From assembly GCA_034520965.1 (NCBI GenBank), contig JAXHMY010000001.1, positions 1 to 64,000 on the forward strand: a stretch of 64,000 nucleotides of DNA, read 5' to 3'. Origin of the DNA: Spirochaetia bacterium. GTDB lineage: Bacteria; Spirochaetota; Spirochaetia; DSM-16054; Sediminispirochaetaceae. The notes under the pieces are model-generated. The model was not told where the DNA came from. It made no database searches and worked only from the letters and a program-made list of their open reading frames with translations. The position numbers were made by a program, and so were the translations under genes. Of the stretch, positions 26,150 through 38,425 are shown piece after piece (position 1 is the first letter of the stretch; the number at the start of each line of letters is the position of its first letter).

Positions 26150-26474
26150 AAGCCCCATACTCTTAACAAACCGTAAATTCATTTTTACTCTTTGTTATGA
26201 CGGCAAACTCATCATTACCAGGTTCAAGATATTCGTTCGATCATGACATCCCAGGACTCTCGTCTCCGAATTCCTCTTCTCCAATACGCACCCAAGTACC
26301 ATCCATGAACTCGTACTCTTGTACTTCTTTCCATTCAATCTCGCCGGTGGTTGTGTTCATTGTGTCGAACCCATAAAGAACCCAATTTCCTTCAAGAGAA
26401 AATTCTTCTGCCAACAGAATAGATGCAGTAAAGAATATCAATACACTTATTAAAAACACAATACCTTTATTCAT
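26150..26474 (-). CDS. Exported hypothetical protein
   Basis: Signal peptide MNKGIVFLISVLIFFTASILLA-EE followed by LEGNWVL; 3' end uncertain. Confidence 0.5.
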
Positions 26475-27077
26475 AAACTTACTCCACAGATTTACATTAA
26501 CATTTTATAGTATATATGTACAGAATTATGTCAACGTTATCTGATGGGAATACCTGACAAAACCTGCCACCCGTTCCTCTATACATCTGCTCTCTTTTTC
26601 TTTCAGGCCAGACAAAGGTAGAAAATGACGTATTGAAATCATCAAAAACGCAGGTAATGGCAATTTTTTGGTAATGCAGCAATCTTCCCTTGGCGGGGAA
26701 CAATATATAATAATTCTATCCACCACAAATCCCACAGGCATCTCCTACTTTCTTATCAGTGTAATACCCATTCTTTGTATTCCCATAGTATCGACACTCT
26801 GTCATCACACTCTCATTCCATATATCCAGTTCTTATCAGGAGAATTAAGCCTCTTTATCTCCTTCTTCTTTAGAATCTTCACTTTAATTAAAAAGTCCTT
26901 TTGCAACCTTTATCCCACACCCCTTTGAAAACTTCGCCTGGAGGTGTAGGTCCTACTGATTTGTCTGGAGTGATGCTTGTATCAAAATTTTTTTGGTTTA
27001 GTTTAGGCTGTTCAGCTTTTGATTTAGAGTAATTTTCTTCAAAATATTCTAAAGTATAATTGTTGTCTAAATACTTA

Positions 27078-27770
27078 TCAAACTGGTTTCTTAGACTGCA
27101 TCCATCTTTTTATCAGTCTTAACACTATCAATAACGCTAATAAACCTCCAAACATAATAAAGTACCCAACATCTTCATAAGGATTTGGTTCTTGATTAGT
27201 TGTATTAAATGCTATAACCGGGTCAGTTGGGTCATAATCAACTGTAATATGGTTATTAACTGAATCAAGAAGAACCCACTGTCCTTCAATATAGGCTTCT
27301 ACCATAGCATGGCCAGAAGTATATTCTGTAATATCATTCAGTGCCCAACCAATTCCAGGGCCTTGAATATGGATAGCAGGGGTGTCTAATTCCCGAAGGA
27401 TACTAGCAAGGATGACAGCAAGAGTCGTACACCCACTAAAAACCCTTAATTCAGTTAGACGGCTCATATTAATTTGTCCTACATAATCAACAGGATCTTC
27501 TTCATATCCGGCGTCTGAATAATGAGGGAAATTTTTATGAATAAATCTATATACTTTCTGAAGATCTTTTATCCCGTCTACTTCCCCAATACTATTTTTA
27601 AGTTCTTCACGAAACTCAGGGCTGACTTCAGTATTTGGAGTTTGCATAAGATATTTTTCAGGGTTTGAATAATTAATACCCCATTTGTTTTCAATTTTTT
27701 CTTCAACGCTTTCATTAGCAAAAAGTGTAAGAGAAACAAACAACAATAGAACAATCAATAGTTTTTTCAT
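27078..27770 (-). CDS. Exported transglutaminase-like protein
   Basis: Signal peptide; Cys-His-Asp triad SGCTTLA / GHAMVEAYIEGQWVLLD. Confidence 0.75.
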   Translation of the reverse strand: MKKLLIVLLLFVSLTLFANESVEEKIENKWGINYSNPEKYLMQTPNTEVSPEFREELKNSIGEVDGIKDLQKVYRFIHKNFPHYSDAGYEEDPVDYVGQINMSRLTELRVFSGCTTLAVILASILRELDTPAIHIQGPGIGWALNDITEYTSGHAMVEAYIEGQWVLLDSVNNHITVDYDPTDPVIAFNTTNQEPNPYEDVGYFIMFGGLLALLIVLRLIKRWMQSKKPV

Positions 27771-27861
27771 GATAACCTCTCATTAAATTGATATAAACAT
27801 TTTATATTGAAAATTAAAATCTCTATAACGTACCAAAATACCCAACACTATGACTCTAATT

Positions 27862-28963
27862 TCACCCACCACAAATCCCACAAGCATCTCCTACTTTCTT
27901 ATCAGTGTAATACCCATTCTTTGTATTCCCATAATATCGACAGTCCGAATTATGCCGAGAATTACTCCCCGAGTTTATCCAATACTTTGCAGTGGTAGAC
28001 TGCTTCTCTACATCCTCCTGAACCTCCCTCTTTTCAATATCGTAATCCCTGTTATCAAACCATAATGACCTATCGTACGAAGTCTCAAGACTTTCCTCAA
28101 TTGAATCCTCTAACGAGTGGTAGAAGTCTATGCCTGTAAACTGTTCAACACGATCTATGGAAACAGCAAAGGAAGATAGAGAATCGGAACTACTCTCATT
28201 TGGTAAGATAAGTCCTATACCCTTTAACTCCGGTTCTCGCACATCCAAAAGCACCTTATAGTAATACTGTGGAACAGCGATATTATTCTCTCCGATAGTC
28301 TTATACTCTACATCTCTCAAATACAGGCCCAGTTACAACCAATAGAGCTTTATCTCTAATCGCCCACTCCCTAACCTGAGATTCAAGACTCCGCCATATA
28401 CCCCTATTGAAACCGGGTTTCTGTGGACTCATATTACTGAGATAGAAAGTATCGCTCATAGCCTCTTCAGACCATGAGAAATCTGCTGCTGGTGCTAAGT
28501 GGCCTCTATCGTATCCAGAACCTCTATAATCAGATAAAGAAGCAGTCTCGGTATCAACTTTTTTATCCTCTCTAAAATTATCAGTTCTTTCTACATCCCC
28601 CTGTAGTTCTTCAATGGTAAGTTTGTATGCCACCCATTCTGCCTGTTCGTGTTCTTCACTGTAAGAGAGGGTGTAGCCGGTATGTCGTATTACTTGATCT
28701 GAGTCTGTATAGTGTGGTAGTTCTAATGATTGGGAAAACGAAAGGAATGGGAGGAAGAAGAATAGATACCCGCAGACTGAAGATGTGCTTCTTGAATTTC
28801 ACTGAGTTTTATCCTTTGAAAAGTCTTTCTTTTCAATCTGTTTACCACAGTTTGGGCAGTTAATGGGTTCGATAGGAATTTGTTCTAATCTATAATTACA
28901 GTATGGGCACCGAGGAAATGCTTCAAGAGTTAGACTCAATTCCATTTTTCCATAATCAGACAT
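27862..28963 (-). CDS. DNA/RNA non-specific endonuclease (NucA/EndoG family), frameshifted
   Basis: YDRGHLAPAADF, TFYLSNMSPQKPGFNRGIW, VPQYYYKV; small Cys/His domain at the C-terminus. Confidence 0.88.
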
Positions 28964-29056
28964 TTTGATTAGAATAAGGGATTGCAATGTTGTTGTAAAG
29001 TGTTTTATTGGGACCGTGGACTCAGTTGGAAAAAGCAATGCTTTTTGTTAAGATAG

Positions 29057-29223
29057 AAAGTTACAACAAAGTTACAACACTTTGACATGAAGTATATGAA
29101 CTATATGAAGAAATTACCCTTTTCGTATTCAAATTCTCTTCTATACATGACTAATATGTCCAATATAGTCAAAATAACGGCCTTCTAAGCCGTAGGTCGG
29201 AGGTTCGAATCCTCCTGGACGTA
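29057..29223 (+). repeat. att-like unit A: (AAAGTTACAAC)x2, TATATGA repeats, 3' half of tRNA-Arg(UCU) at 29177-29223
   Basis: ACGGC-CTTCTAA-GCCGT anticodon arm, GGAGG-TTCGAAT-CCTCC T arm, TGGACGTA acceptor strand; no D arm or 5' acceptor strand upstream. Confidence 0.9.
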
Positions 29224-29253
29224 CTTTTATTTTATTACAATATAATGAATTAT

Positions 29254-29288
29254 AGACCACCTTAATAATCAGGTGGTCTTTTTTTTAT
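29254..29288 (+). terminator. Rho-independent terminator after the tRNA fragment
   Basis: AGACCACCT-taataatc-AGGTGGTCT followed by a T run. Confidence 0.8.
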
Positions 29289-29300
29289 TTAAAATACTTG

Positions 29301-29334
29301 AATTCACATCAAATTCACATCAAATTCACATCAA
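29301..29334 (+). repeat. Three tandem 11-bp (A)AATTCACATC repeats, putative integrase arm sites
   Basis: Directly visible between the att core and the integrase; same motif recurs at 32153, 40641 and 62411. Confidence 0.75.
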
Positions 29335-29339
29335 AATAT

Positions 29340-30129
29340 GGAAAACGTATGTTAATGAGCACACATAGCACCGTCAAATGGAAGGCAGAACAATTTATCG
29401 ACGATTACCTCACTAATGTTAATGAGCCAAAACAAGATAATGTTGGTGACTTGCCATTAGGGGAATATGCAGATCCTTTTTTCAATTGGGATAAATGTCC
29501 TCACATACGAAGATTACGAGATGAAAGAAAAAGTGTCACAAAGTACCATGCTATGAGTCCACTGAAACCGGCATCTTCACAATGAAAGAAATTGTAGACC
29601 TATTCCCGCCTGATTCATTAGGTCCATGGAAAGACATCTATGACTATACTTGTTTCCTACTGGCAGCAACTACAGGAATGAGGCGTAGTGAAATTCTCGC
29701 TCTCAAATGGAAAAACATCTCCTTTGATAAATCCTTTATTAATATATTAGAAGCCTGGAAAGACAGAGATGAGATTGGCAAACCAAAGTGGAATAAAACC
29801 CGTATTGTTCCTATCGCCAACAGGACCAAAGATAGTCTTCTAAAACTGAAGGAGGAATCACATACCAAAGAAGATGATGATCTCGTATTTTGCTATGCCA
29901 ATGGCCAGAGATTTGGTGGTACATGGTGGCAAAAACGTTTTCGGAATGCTATGGACAGAGCAAAAATCGACTATGAGAAACGCCATCTAAAACCACATTC
30001 ATTCCGTCATACCCTCAATACCCTACTCCGTAATGCCGGACAAGATCCTGCCAAGATTAGAGCAGCATTAGGTTGGAGTGGAGAGGTTATACAAGATAAT
30101 TATACCCATTGGCAAATCGAACACCTCAA
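29340..30129 (+). pseudogene. Tyrosine integrase, apparently internally deleted and cut at the C-terminus by IS3
   Basis: TGMRRSEILALKW, KPKW, HSFRH, LGWS, NYTH catalytic motifs; short N-terminal piece 29298-29585 in another frame. Confidence 0.88.
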
Positions 30130-30179
30130 TGAACCGCCCCGGCTTTACCGGAGAGATAAACTTGTGAGAGGATGTGTGT

Positions 30180-31402
<1,223 letters not shown>

Positions 31403-31468
31403 CTCAAATAAAAACTTCTCCGGAATTTTCGGGGCGGTTCAGATAATCTGATATTCCGTCTCTTTTAT

Positions 31469-31563
31469 CTAATCATCCAGTAAGCCGCACTTAATGTCCT
31501 CCAAACAGACCTCAAGAATAAGGGTGACAGCATCTCGCTTGATCTCTTTTGCCTCTTCTACCA
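31469..31563 (-). pseudogene. HicB-like antitoxin remnant
   Basis: VEEAKEIKRDAVTLILEVCLEDIK matches the C-terminus of the HicB at 40274-40531. Confidence 0.6.
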
Positions 31564-31594
31564 TCTCACCCTTCCTGTTTCTTACTTTACTCAC

Positions 31595-31632
31595 ATTATT
31601 ACAGTGAATTGGGTCGTTTGTCTCGATTGAAA
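31595..31632 (-). promoter_or_regulatory. Conserved TA-cassette promoter-like repeat, copy 1 of 5 (others at 32996, 40550, 52885, 61637)
   Basis: Minus-strand consensus TTCAATCGAGACAAACGACC..TGTTATAAT, with an extended -10, directly upstream of hicB or HEPN genes. Confidence 0.7.
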
Positions 31633-31682
31633 AACAATTCCTTGAGTTAGGCCTCAAATCGGGTAAAAGCTGATCATCACAC

Positions 31683-31843
31683 CTATGAAACCTTCTCCAG
31701 ATCATGTAAGAGAAGCCTTGGATATTTTGCTATAAGCCTAAGAAGTGCTTTCGCAGGTCCGCCAGGATTCCGTCGCCCCTGTTCCCAGGTAATTGCACGA
31801 TCAAAATCCTTCGATGATAATTCTTGAATATTATCTATCATAT
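31683..31843 (-). pseudogene. HTH/Xre antitoxin remnant, partner of BrnT
   Basis: WEQGRRNPGGPAKALLRLI; internally deleted; second copy at ~33085-33190. Confidence 0.65.
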
Positions 31844-32107
31844 GTTCCTCCTGCGATAACTTGTTCATATCGCTGTTGTTCCGTTTTTGTTGCAAACCTT
31901 GCACTAATCAGCCTCAGTACGTCCTCTTCATTTCGTTCGATTGAGACCACAACAATCACCCCGCGGTGTATTGGTCCAATGGAAATTATCCTATCTTCAT
32001 TAAGACAGATTATCCGGAAGTTCAAAAAGCTCGGAGGCTTCCTCAAAAGAGATTCCGTGTTTCTTGATGTTGTATTGATTTTTTAATGAGTCCCATTGAG
32101 ACTCCAT
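31831..32107 (-). pseudogene. brnT: BrnT-family toxin, disrupted
   Basis: WDSLKNQYNIKKHGISFEEA ... EDRIISIG ... LRLISARFAT. Confidence 0.75.
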
Positions 32108-32152
32108 ATGTAATTATACGCTATTGGCGTTAATATCAACTCTTCATTGTTC

Positions 32153-32278
32153 AGACTCACATCAATTTGCTGCAACGTATATGATCTATATGAAAATTCG
32201 ACCGTTAATGACATTAAATTCTCATCGGGCGTATACCGGACCCTAGAGAGAAACACAGCGATAATCCAGCTGGACGTA
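32153..32278 (+). repeat. att-like unit B (degenerate, TCACATC arm class)
   Basis: GACTCACATCAATTTG..GTATATGATCTATATGAA and 3' end GCGATAATCCAGCTGGACGTA, matching unit F. Confidence 0.7.
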
Positions 32279-32307
32279 AAAATGAGAAGAGGCCTTTAGG
32301 CTGATTC

Positions 32308-32616
32308 TCAGGGAAGGATTTTTTCTCCCTTCTGTACTACCATTTGTGAAAATCCGGAACGATCGTGTGCTGAATCTATGATTATTGGTTCTACCATGAG
32401 TAAATCCAATGAGCGCCGCAACTTTTGTAATTGTTTTTCCAGCTGAAGGACATTCCGCGGTTCATGCTCCATTTCCAGGGCAATATCTATATCGCTAGTG
32501 GATGTAGGATTCCCATATACCCACGAGCCGTATAGCCACGCCCTGGAGACCGGTAAGGAGTCTTGGGCTGCAGCAGCAAAATGTCTGGCTATCCGCAACA
32601 CATCTGTTTTATCCAT
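32308..32616 (-). CDS. Minimal nucleotidyltransferase (MNT) antitoxin
   Basis: WLYGSWVYG...SDIDIA motif; overlaps the HEPN gene. Confidence 0.85.
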   Translation of the reverse strand: MDKTDVLRIARHFAAAAQDSLPVSRAWLYGSWVYGNPTSTSDIDIALEMEHEPRNVLQLEKQLQKLRRSLDLLMVEPIIIDSAHDRSGFSQMVVQKGEKILP

Positions 32617-32987
32617 GATTGTACCTCTACCGTTTTTTCCAGTAATCTCCTGCAATAATCCTCTGTAAGTTCATCCATTATATACTGTTTGTCTCTAGGG
32701 TAACGTGCTTCTATATTGAGAGGTTGCAACTCATCAAGAAGGTCGGCTAAATCTTCCGTAAGCGTATCTTTGAGACCTGAGGCTTCCGATAAACGCCACA
32801 GATCGTGCGTGTAAGGAGCCTCTTTTGCTATTCTGGACACATAATAGGCTTTGAGAGCTTTTTCTACACTCTGGTGCGCCATGAATCCAACGTACAAATA
32901 TCTTTTTGTGTCGAGCATCGCCTGAGCAGTTTCCAAGTCATAGTCGGAGAGTTCAAGCCAATACTGTTTCAATTCTCGAATATCCAT
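32589..32987 (-). CDS. HEPN-domain toxin
   Basis: YDLETAQAML..YVGFMAHQSVEKALKA..THDL..IEARYP. Confidence 0.9.
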   Translation of the reverse strand: MDIRELKQYWLELSDYDLETAQAMLDTKRYLYVGFMAHQSVEKALKAYYVSRIAKEAPYTHDLWRLSEASGLKDTLTEDLADLLDELQPLNIEARYPRDKQYIMDELTEDYCRRLLEKTVEVQSWIKQMCCG

Positions 32988-33274
32988 ACACCAACATTAT
33001 AACAGCGAATCGGGTCGTTTGTCTCGATAGAAAAACAATCCTTTGAGTCAGGTATCAAACCGGGAAAGAGCGGAGCAGAAATACCTACGAAACCTTTTCC
33101 AAATCATGTAATACAAGTCCGGGATATTTTGCTATAAGCCTCAGAAGTGCTTTCGCAGGCCCATCAGGATTCCGTCTCCCCTATTCCCAGTTTTGGAGAG
33201 TGTTGATACTAATACCTATTCGTAAAGCAAATTGCTTCTGTGACAAACCCAGGTATTTTCGCAATGCTGCCAGA

Positions 33275-33420
33275 TCACCGGTTTTCCACGCGCCCGATAT
33301 GAGTCGTAGACGCTGCTCTCGGGTAATAGGCAAAGCGCCAGCGATGCCCGTCTTCCCTGCGCTCGATCAAGCGGCCCAGCTTGTCGTAGTTGTAGGTGGT
33401 GGTGCGCCTGTCGACGTTGG
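33275..33420 (-). pseudogene. Orphan Rhs/YD fragment
   Basis: TTTYNYDKLGRLIERREDGHRWRFAY, similar to REYGYDKLDRITERREAGYEWHYAY in the full Rhs. Confidence 0.65.
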
Positions 33421-33956
33421 TTACAGAAAAGGACGGGGCGCAATATAACAAATAAGACGAAAATTCCGTAAGTCTTAGAATCAACATCTTCTATCCCAGG
33501 AATTGTGATGATAATCTTATATTCTCTTTTCTTTTTTAATCTCAAAGAAAACAAATCCCAGTAAAGTGTATTGTCTTTATACCTTCCATATTGGAAGGGA
33601 AGATCATCGTATTCTGCAATCTGCTCTCCGGTCTGTATATCTTTAATAATGAAATTAAACTCTTTGGAAAATTCATCTGTAGTTGCAGAGGTAATTACTT
33701 TATCTTCATTATCGCTGTCTATTTCTGGAAAATGAAATGCAACTCTGTATCTGGAAGAAGACTTTCTGGGAATTAATGAATACTCATACTCCCGCTTATC
33801 GGTTTCAATTTCCATATCCTCTACTAAAGCAACAATCTCGTAATTGTACTCTTCCATCCATCTTTGCTCCACTTCCGATATTTCCTCAGTACCAAGACTC
33901 CACATAATTGTTATACTCCATAGAAAGTATATTGTCAAAATCATATTCTTTTTCAT
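33421..33956 (-). CDS. Putative Rhs immunity protein (exported)
   Basis: AT-rich gene directly after the Rhs tip, with signal peptide; true stop probably near 33421 after a frameshift. Confidence 0.6.
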
Positions 33957-33984
33957 TGTCAACCTCACGCTCCTATCAACGAGT

Positions 33985-36900
33985 TCATCTCAAAACTTCT
34001 TTATTCCAGCCAGGGGCCCAGCGTGATGGAGTAAAATCACTACCAGCTTCCCTTACCACACTACCAATTAGTGAATTACTATTACCACTTTCATCATTTA
34101 ACTCAGGTATTGCCTCGTATGGTACTGACCCATCATAAGAATCAGCGGCTTCCTCAAGATTTGACTTAAACTCTTCGGAGCTCATTCCCTCGGGGATAGG
34201 AAGTGTATCCCTAGTGGTTATCGATTCAGGTCTAGATTCCTCTGAACGTTCTAGAGTTCCCCATCCGAAGGATGACTTTTCACCTGTCCCTACTCTTCTA
34301 TTGGGAAATCCCTCTACAAGAACCCTTTCTCGATTTGTTTCAAAATTCTCCTCAACAATAGTCGTGTGGTGAGCGGCATTGAACGGATCAATTTTCGTAT
34401 AACCTACATAAAATTCATACTTATCTGTTTTGTTCTCACCGGATTCCGTCGCCATCAATCCCCACAGATCCACATAATTCACCGGGTCCCCGCCCACGTA
34501 GGCATACCAGTTCCAGCCGTCCTTGATCGGGTCCCGGCTCATGAATCGCCCGCTATCGGCATCATACCACCGCGCTCCATAGTAAGTCAGTCCCGTCGCT
34601 CCGTCTCGCTGCTTGCCGGTAAAGCCGACCGTGTTGTAGGGGCCAAAGACCCCGGCCATCGCCCATCCGTAGGCGTCCCAGGCGTAGCGGGCGATAGGCT
34701 CTCCGTGACGGTCGGTGATTGCCACCGGACTGCCGAGGCGGTCCGTGTGATAGTACATCAGCCCGCCCTTGGTATGCAGAAAGCCCTCCGGGCCCGGCTC
34801 CCTGCGGCCGTGGAAACCGTACATCTTCACCGCCACCAGGCGGCCGGCGGCGCGGAAATACTCCTTGTACAGCTCGAGCTCCCCCTGTGCGCTCTCATCG
34901 TACTCGGCCAGGATCTCCCGCTGGTTCCATATGTACACGCTGCGCTCTTCTGTAGGCGGAACCTCACCGTCGGCAGGCGTTTTCACCCGGCTCACTAAAC
35001 GCCCGAAGGCATCATACCCGTAGCTAACCGTTGAGCCATCCAAGAGCTCGGCCTCTACCAGTTCGCCTCGTCCGTTCCACTGGTACTCCGCGGTCCCCTC
35101 GGGAGCCGATTTCTCGGTCATCTCCCCGGTCCGGTTATACTCATAGCTCACCGCGCAGGCCTGTACCAATCGATTCAACCCGGAATACTGAAAGCTCTCG
35201 CTGACCTCATCTCGCCGCCTTTCGGTGATGTTCGCCGCCGCGTCATACTCCCAGCGTTCAGTAGACACGATATCGGGGAACACCGGCTGCTCATCCCAGG
35301 CCTCTCCGGACTCGGGCTTGTTCCACTGTCCCGGCGGCATCCCGCCGGGCTTTGTGGAGGCCGGCACTCCGGAGTAAATATCCTGGTAGCGCGCCGCGTG
35401 TCCCGGGGGAAACTGTCCGTCCTGCCATCCGCGGGTGTTCTCAATTAGCGTACGCGGGTAGCGCGCCTGCCGCAGCATTCCGGAGGGGTTATACGCATAG
35501 TGCCACTCGTACCCTGCCTCACGTCTCTCGGTAATCCTGTCCAGTTTATCATAGCCGTACTCCCGCGTGAATATCCGCCCCGCGGGGCTTTGCCAGCTGT
35601 AGCTGTCCATCGTCCCGGCGCTGTTCCAATTCCACTGCGCCGAGGTTCCGTTTCCGTACACCGCCGAGAGCCGGCGGCTCAGCCCGTCGTATGTGAAGTT
35701 CGCAGAAACATTCTCCGGGCCGTTGAAGGTGCTCACTCTTCCCATGTTATCACGCTCGTAGCGTAGACTCCGCCCCTCGGGGTCGATGATGCGGCTGATC
35801 TCACCCCGCTGGGTGTACTCATACTCCACTCGTTTTCCCGCCTCGACAAAATACACCGCCCGCACCCTGCCGGCCCGGTCATAGGAGAACCTTTCGCTCA
35901 TATCCGGGTCCCGGGCCTCTGTCATTCGCCCGGCCTCATCATAGAGAAACTCCACCCTCTCATCCGGGTACCGAACCTCTCTCACCAAGTCCGAGGCCTT
36001 ATACTCATAGGTGGTGCTGCCCCCGGCAATATCGGTCTTCTCTCTCAGCCGTCCCGCCCCGTCATAATCGTAATACGTTGTCCCCTCACTGTCAGTCATT
36101 TTAGTTATTAACCCGGATCCATCCCGTTCCCAGCTCACGGCCCGGCCCAAGGGATCATAGGCTTTCTTGATATACCCGCGTCTGTCATACTCGTACCTGA
36201 CAGACACATCCCCGGGCCCCCGCACTTTCTCAACGCGTCCGTTGGGGTCGTACTCATACCGGGTAATTCCATCCTCCGCGTCTATAATCTTTGTCAGTCG
36301 GCCCGCATCGTCATAACGGTAGGCGCTGCTTCTATCCCCCGGAGCGCGTCGCTCATGCAGCTGTCCGCTCTGGGTGTACTCCATTAAAATCTTCCCTCCC
36401 TCGGGGGGAATATACTCGACCGCGTCCCCGGCCTTATTGCGCGTCCACCTGTGTTTCGCCCCCGATGGGTCGATGTAGGTGGTAAGATACCCAAGCCGGT
36501 TGTACTCACGCTCATGCGAGCCACCGCGTGGGTCCCGGTAGAAAGTAAGCTGACCTAAAGCGTTGAACCGGTAGAAGTGCTCGGCCCCCGCCGCGTCAAT
36601 CACGGTCAGCTCATCATTGCTCGGGGCCCAATTATATATCACCGGATCCATACCGCTTCTCTCAACTCGTCTCTCACGACCCGCGGCGTCATAACTTATC
36701 TCGGTTATTCCCTTTCCAGGCACCTCTATGGAGCTCACATTTCCCCAGCTATCATAGCCGAGAACCGTCGCCTCACCGGCCCCGTTTATTATCGCTTGCG
36801 GTTACCCACTGGTTGTATCCCTCATACCGAGTCGTGCGGCCGGCCGGATCCTCCCGAAGAAGCAGGTTTCCGTGTGGATCGTAGGTCCATAACCAGGTTC

Positions 36901-38420
36901 CCCTTCCATCAAACATGCTCACCAGACGGTTATACTCGGCTTCCCATTCAAAGCGCTTCTCTACACCTAGCGGCTCAATCACTTTCGTGATGTTGCGCCG
37001 TTGGTCGTACTCATACCGCCACACACGACCGGTTGCGTCTCTTCGCATCGTATAATCATATGGGTTTTCAGGATCATTATATTCATAGCGCACGGGATCA
37101 CTTCCCGCGCGTCGTTCTTGCAGCATCCGGCCTTTCTCATCATATTCGTATGTCCATTCCGTCCCGCGCTCGTCAACAGCCGTTGTTACTCGGCGAGTAT
37201 CCGTAAAATTGTATGAGAAGCGATTGAACACTCTTCCATCGCCGAGTTCCACCCGGGTAACCCGCCCCTCGCTGTCGTGTTGAAACCGCACTTCTTTCCC
37301 AAGTGGATTTAAAAATGAGGAGATCCGCTCTTGCCCGTCGTAGAAATACTCACGGGTCTCACCCGCGGTTCCCACTACCCTTCGAAGGTTACCTGTCCCG
37401 TTATAGAAATATTGTACTCGCATATTCTCAGGGCCGCGCACCTGTGTCAGAAGGCCATTCTCATACACAAACCGATATTCCCGTCCTACCGCGTCCGTGA
37501 CTTTGTGTATGCTCCCGTCATCATTATAGGCGAAGGTCAACCCATTTCCGTTCGGATCCTTGATAGATAACAGGCGGCCTGCATCGGGACTTTGATCGGG
37601 AACCCCAGAACTGTGAGCCGCGGGAAGCACCCCCTCCTCTCGCCACTTCGCGTAGTATCCCTTGTACGTATATTCTACTCCCTCTTTTGTCCGCTCGGTA
37701 TACGTTCCATCAGCGTTCCGAATGAGGATGTTAGTGTTCCAATTCTGAGGCCGTGATGAATTTCGCTGAGGTCTTTGTCTATGAAGGGGTCTCCAGTCAT
37801 GGTCTCGCAACCGCTGTGGCTTCTGTGATATCAACGCTCTCATACACCCTGGGAAAAGCGGTCTGGTTTCGAACCATCATTGAGAAGTCCCAGTTCAGTA
37901 CTAATCGCCGCTCATATGAATGCCACCATTTCTTTCCTAAAGCCATGCCGGCGGCAAACGGGGTCGATATCGTTCGCTGCGAGTTGAAAATCTACTCCTG
38001 GCGAGGGAATACTCGGATCAGTGTACTTCAATACATACTCCCCTGTTTACGGGATTTTATTGGCATCATGCTTTGTCTCTACCACGCCCTCCGGCAAGCC
38101 GGAAAGACCAGTCACACTGTTGGTGAGGAGGTTGCCGCTGCCACTGGGCAGAGCTTTCTCAATTCCTCTGGGGTAGGTTGTTCCTCTTCCTCATCGTTAT
38201 TGTCATCATCATCATCGTCACCACTTCCTTCATCTTCATCAGAATCATCACCAGTATCAGGGTTATTATAGTCAGGATCATCCCCGTCAGGGATACCATC
38301 ATGATCTTGGTCGGGTGGTGTATACCCCCATGAATATAGATTTGAATTGTTGGTAAAAAAGAAAATGATACAAAGAATTAAAAATAGTGTTCCAAAAGTA
38401 TTACGTTTTCTGCTTAACAT
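33985..38420 (-). CDS. Rhs/YD-repeat polymorphic toxin with Sec-type signal peptide, frameshifted into several ORFs
   Basis: YD repeats; Rhs core YHTDRLGSP..GFTGKQRD..YYGARWYD..DPVNYVDLWGL; AT-rich C-terminal tip; leader MLSRKRNTFGTLFLILCIIFFF. Confidence 0.9.
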
Positions 38421-38425
38421 TTTTT

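Noticed and set aside
24490..26705. CRISPR array (GTTCCCCGC resembles type I-E repeats)
   Set aside because: Only a 10-bp match, with irregular 0.7-1.5 kb spacing and no cas genes.
26720..27943. DGR template/variable repeat pair
   Set aside because: Only two differences, both synonymous T/C on the coding strand; no reverse transcriptase in the window.
29177..29223. Intact tRNA-Arg gene (also at 40225, 61843, 62528)
   Set aside because: Only the anticodon arm to the 3' acceptor strand is present; no D arm or 5' acceptor strand upstream.
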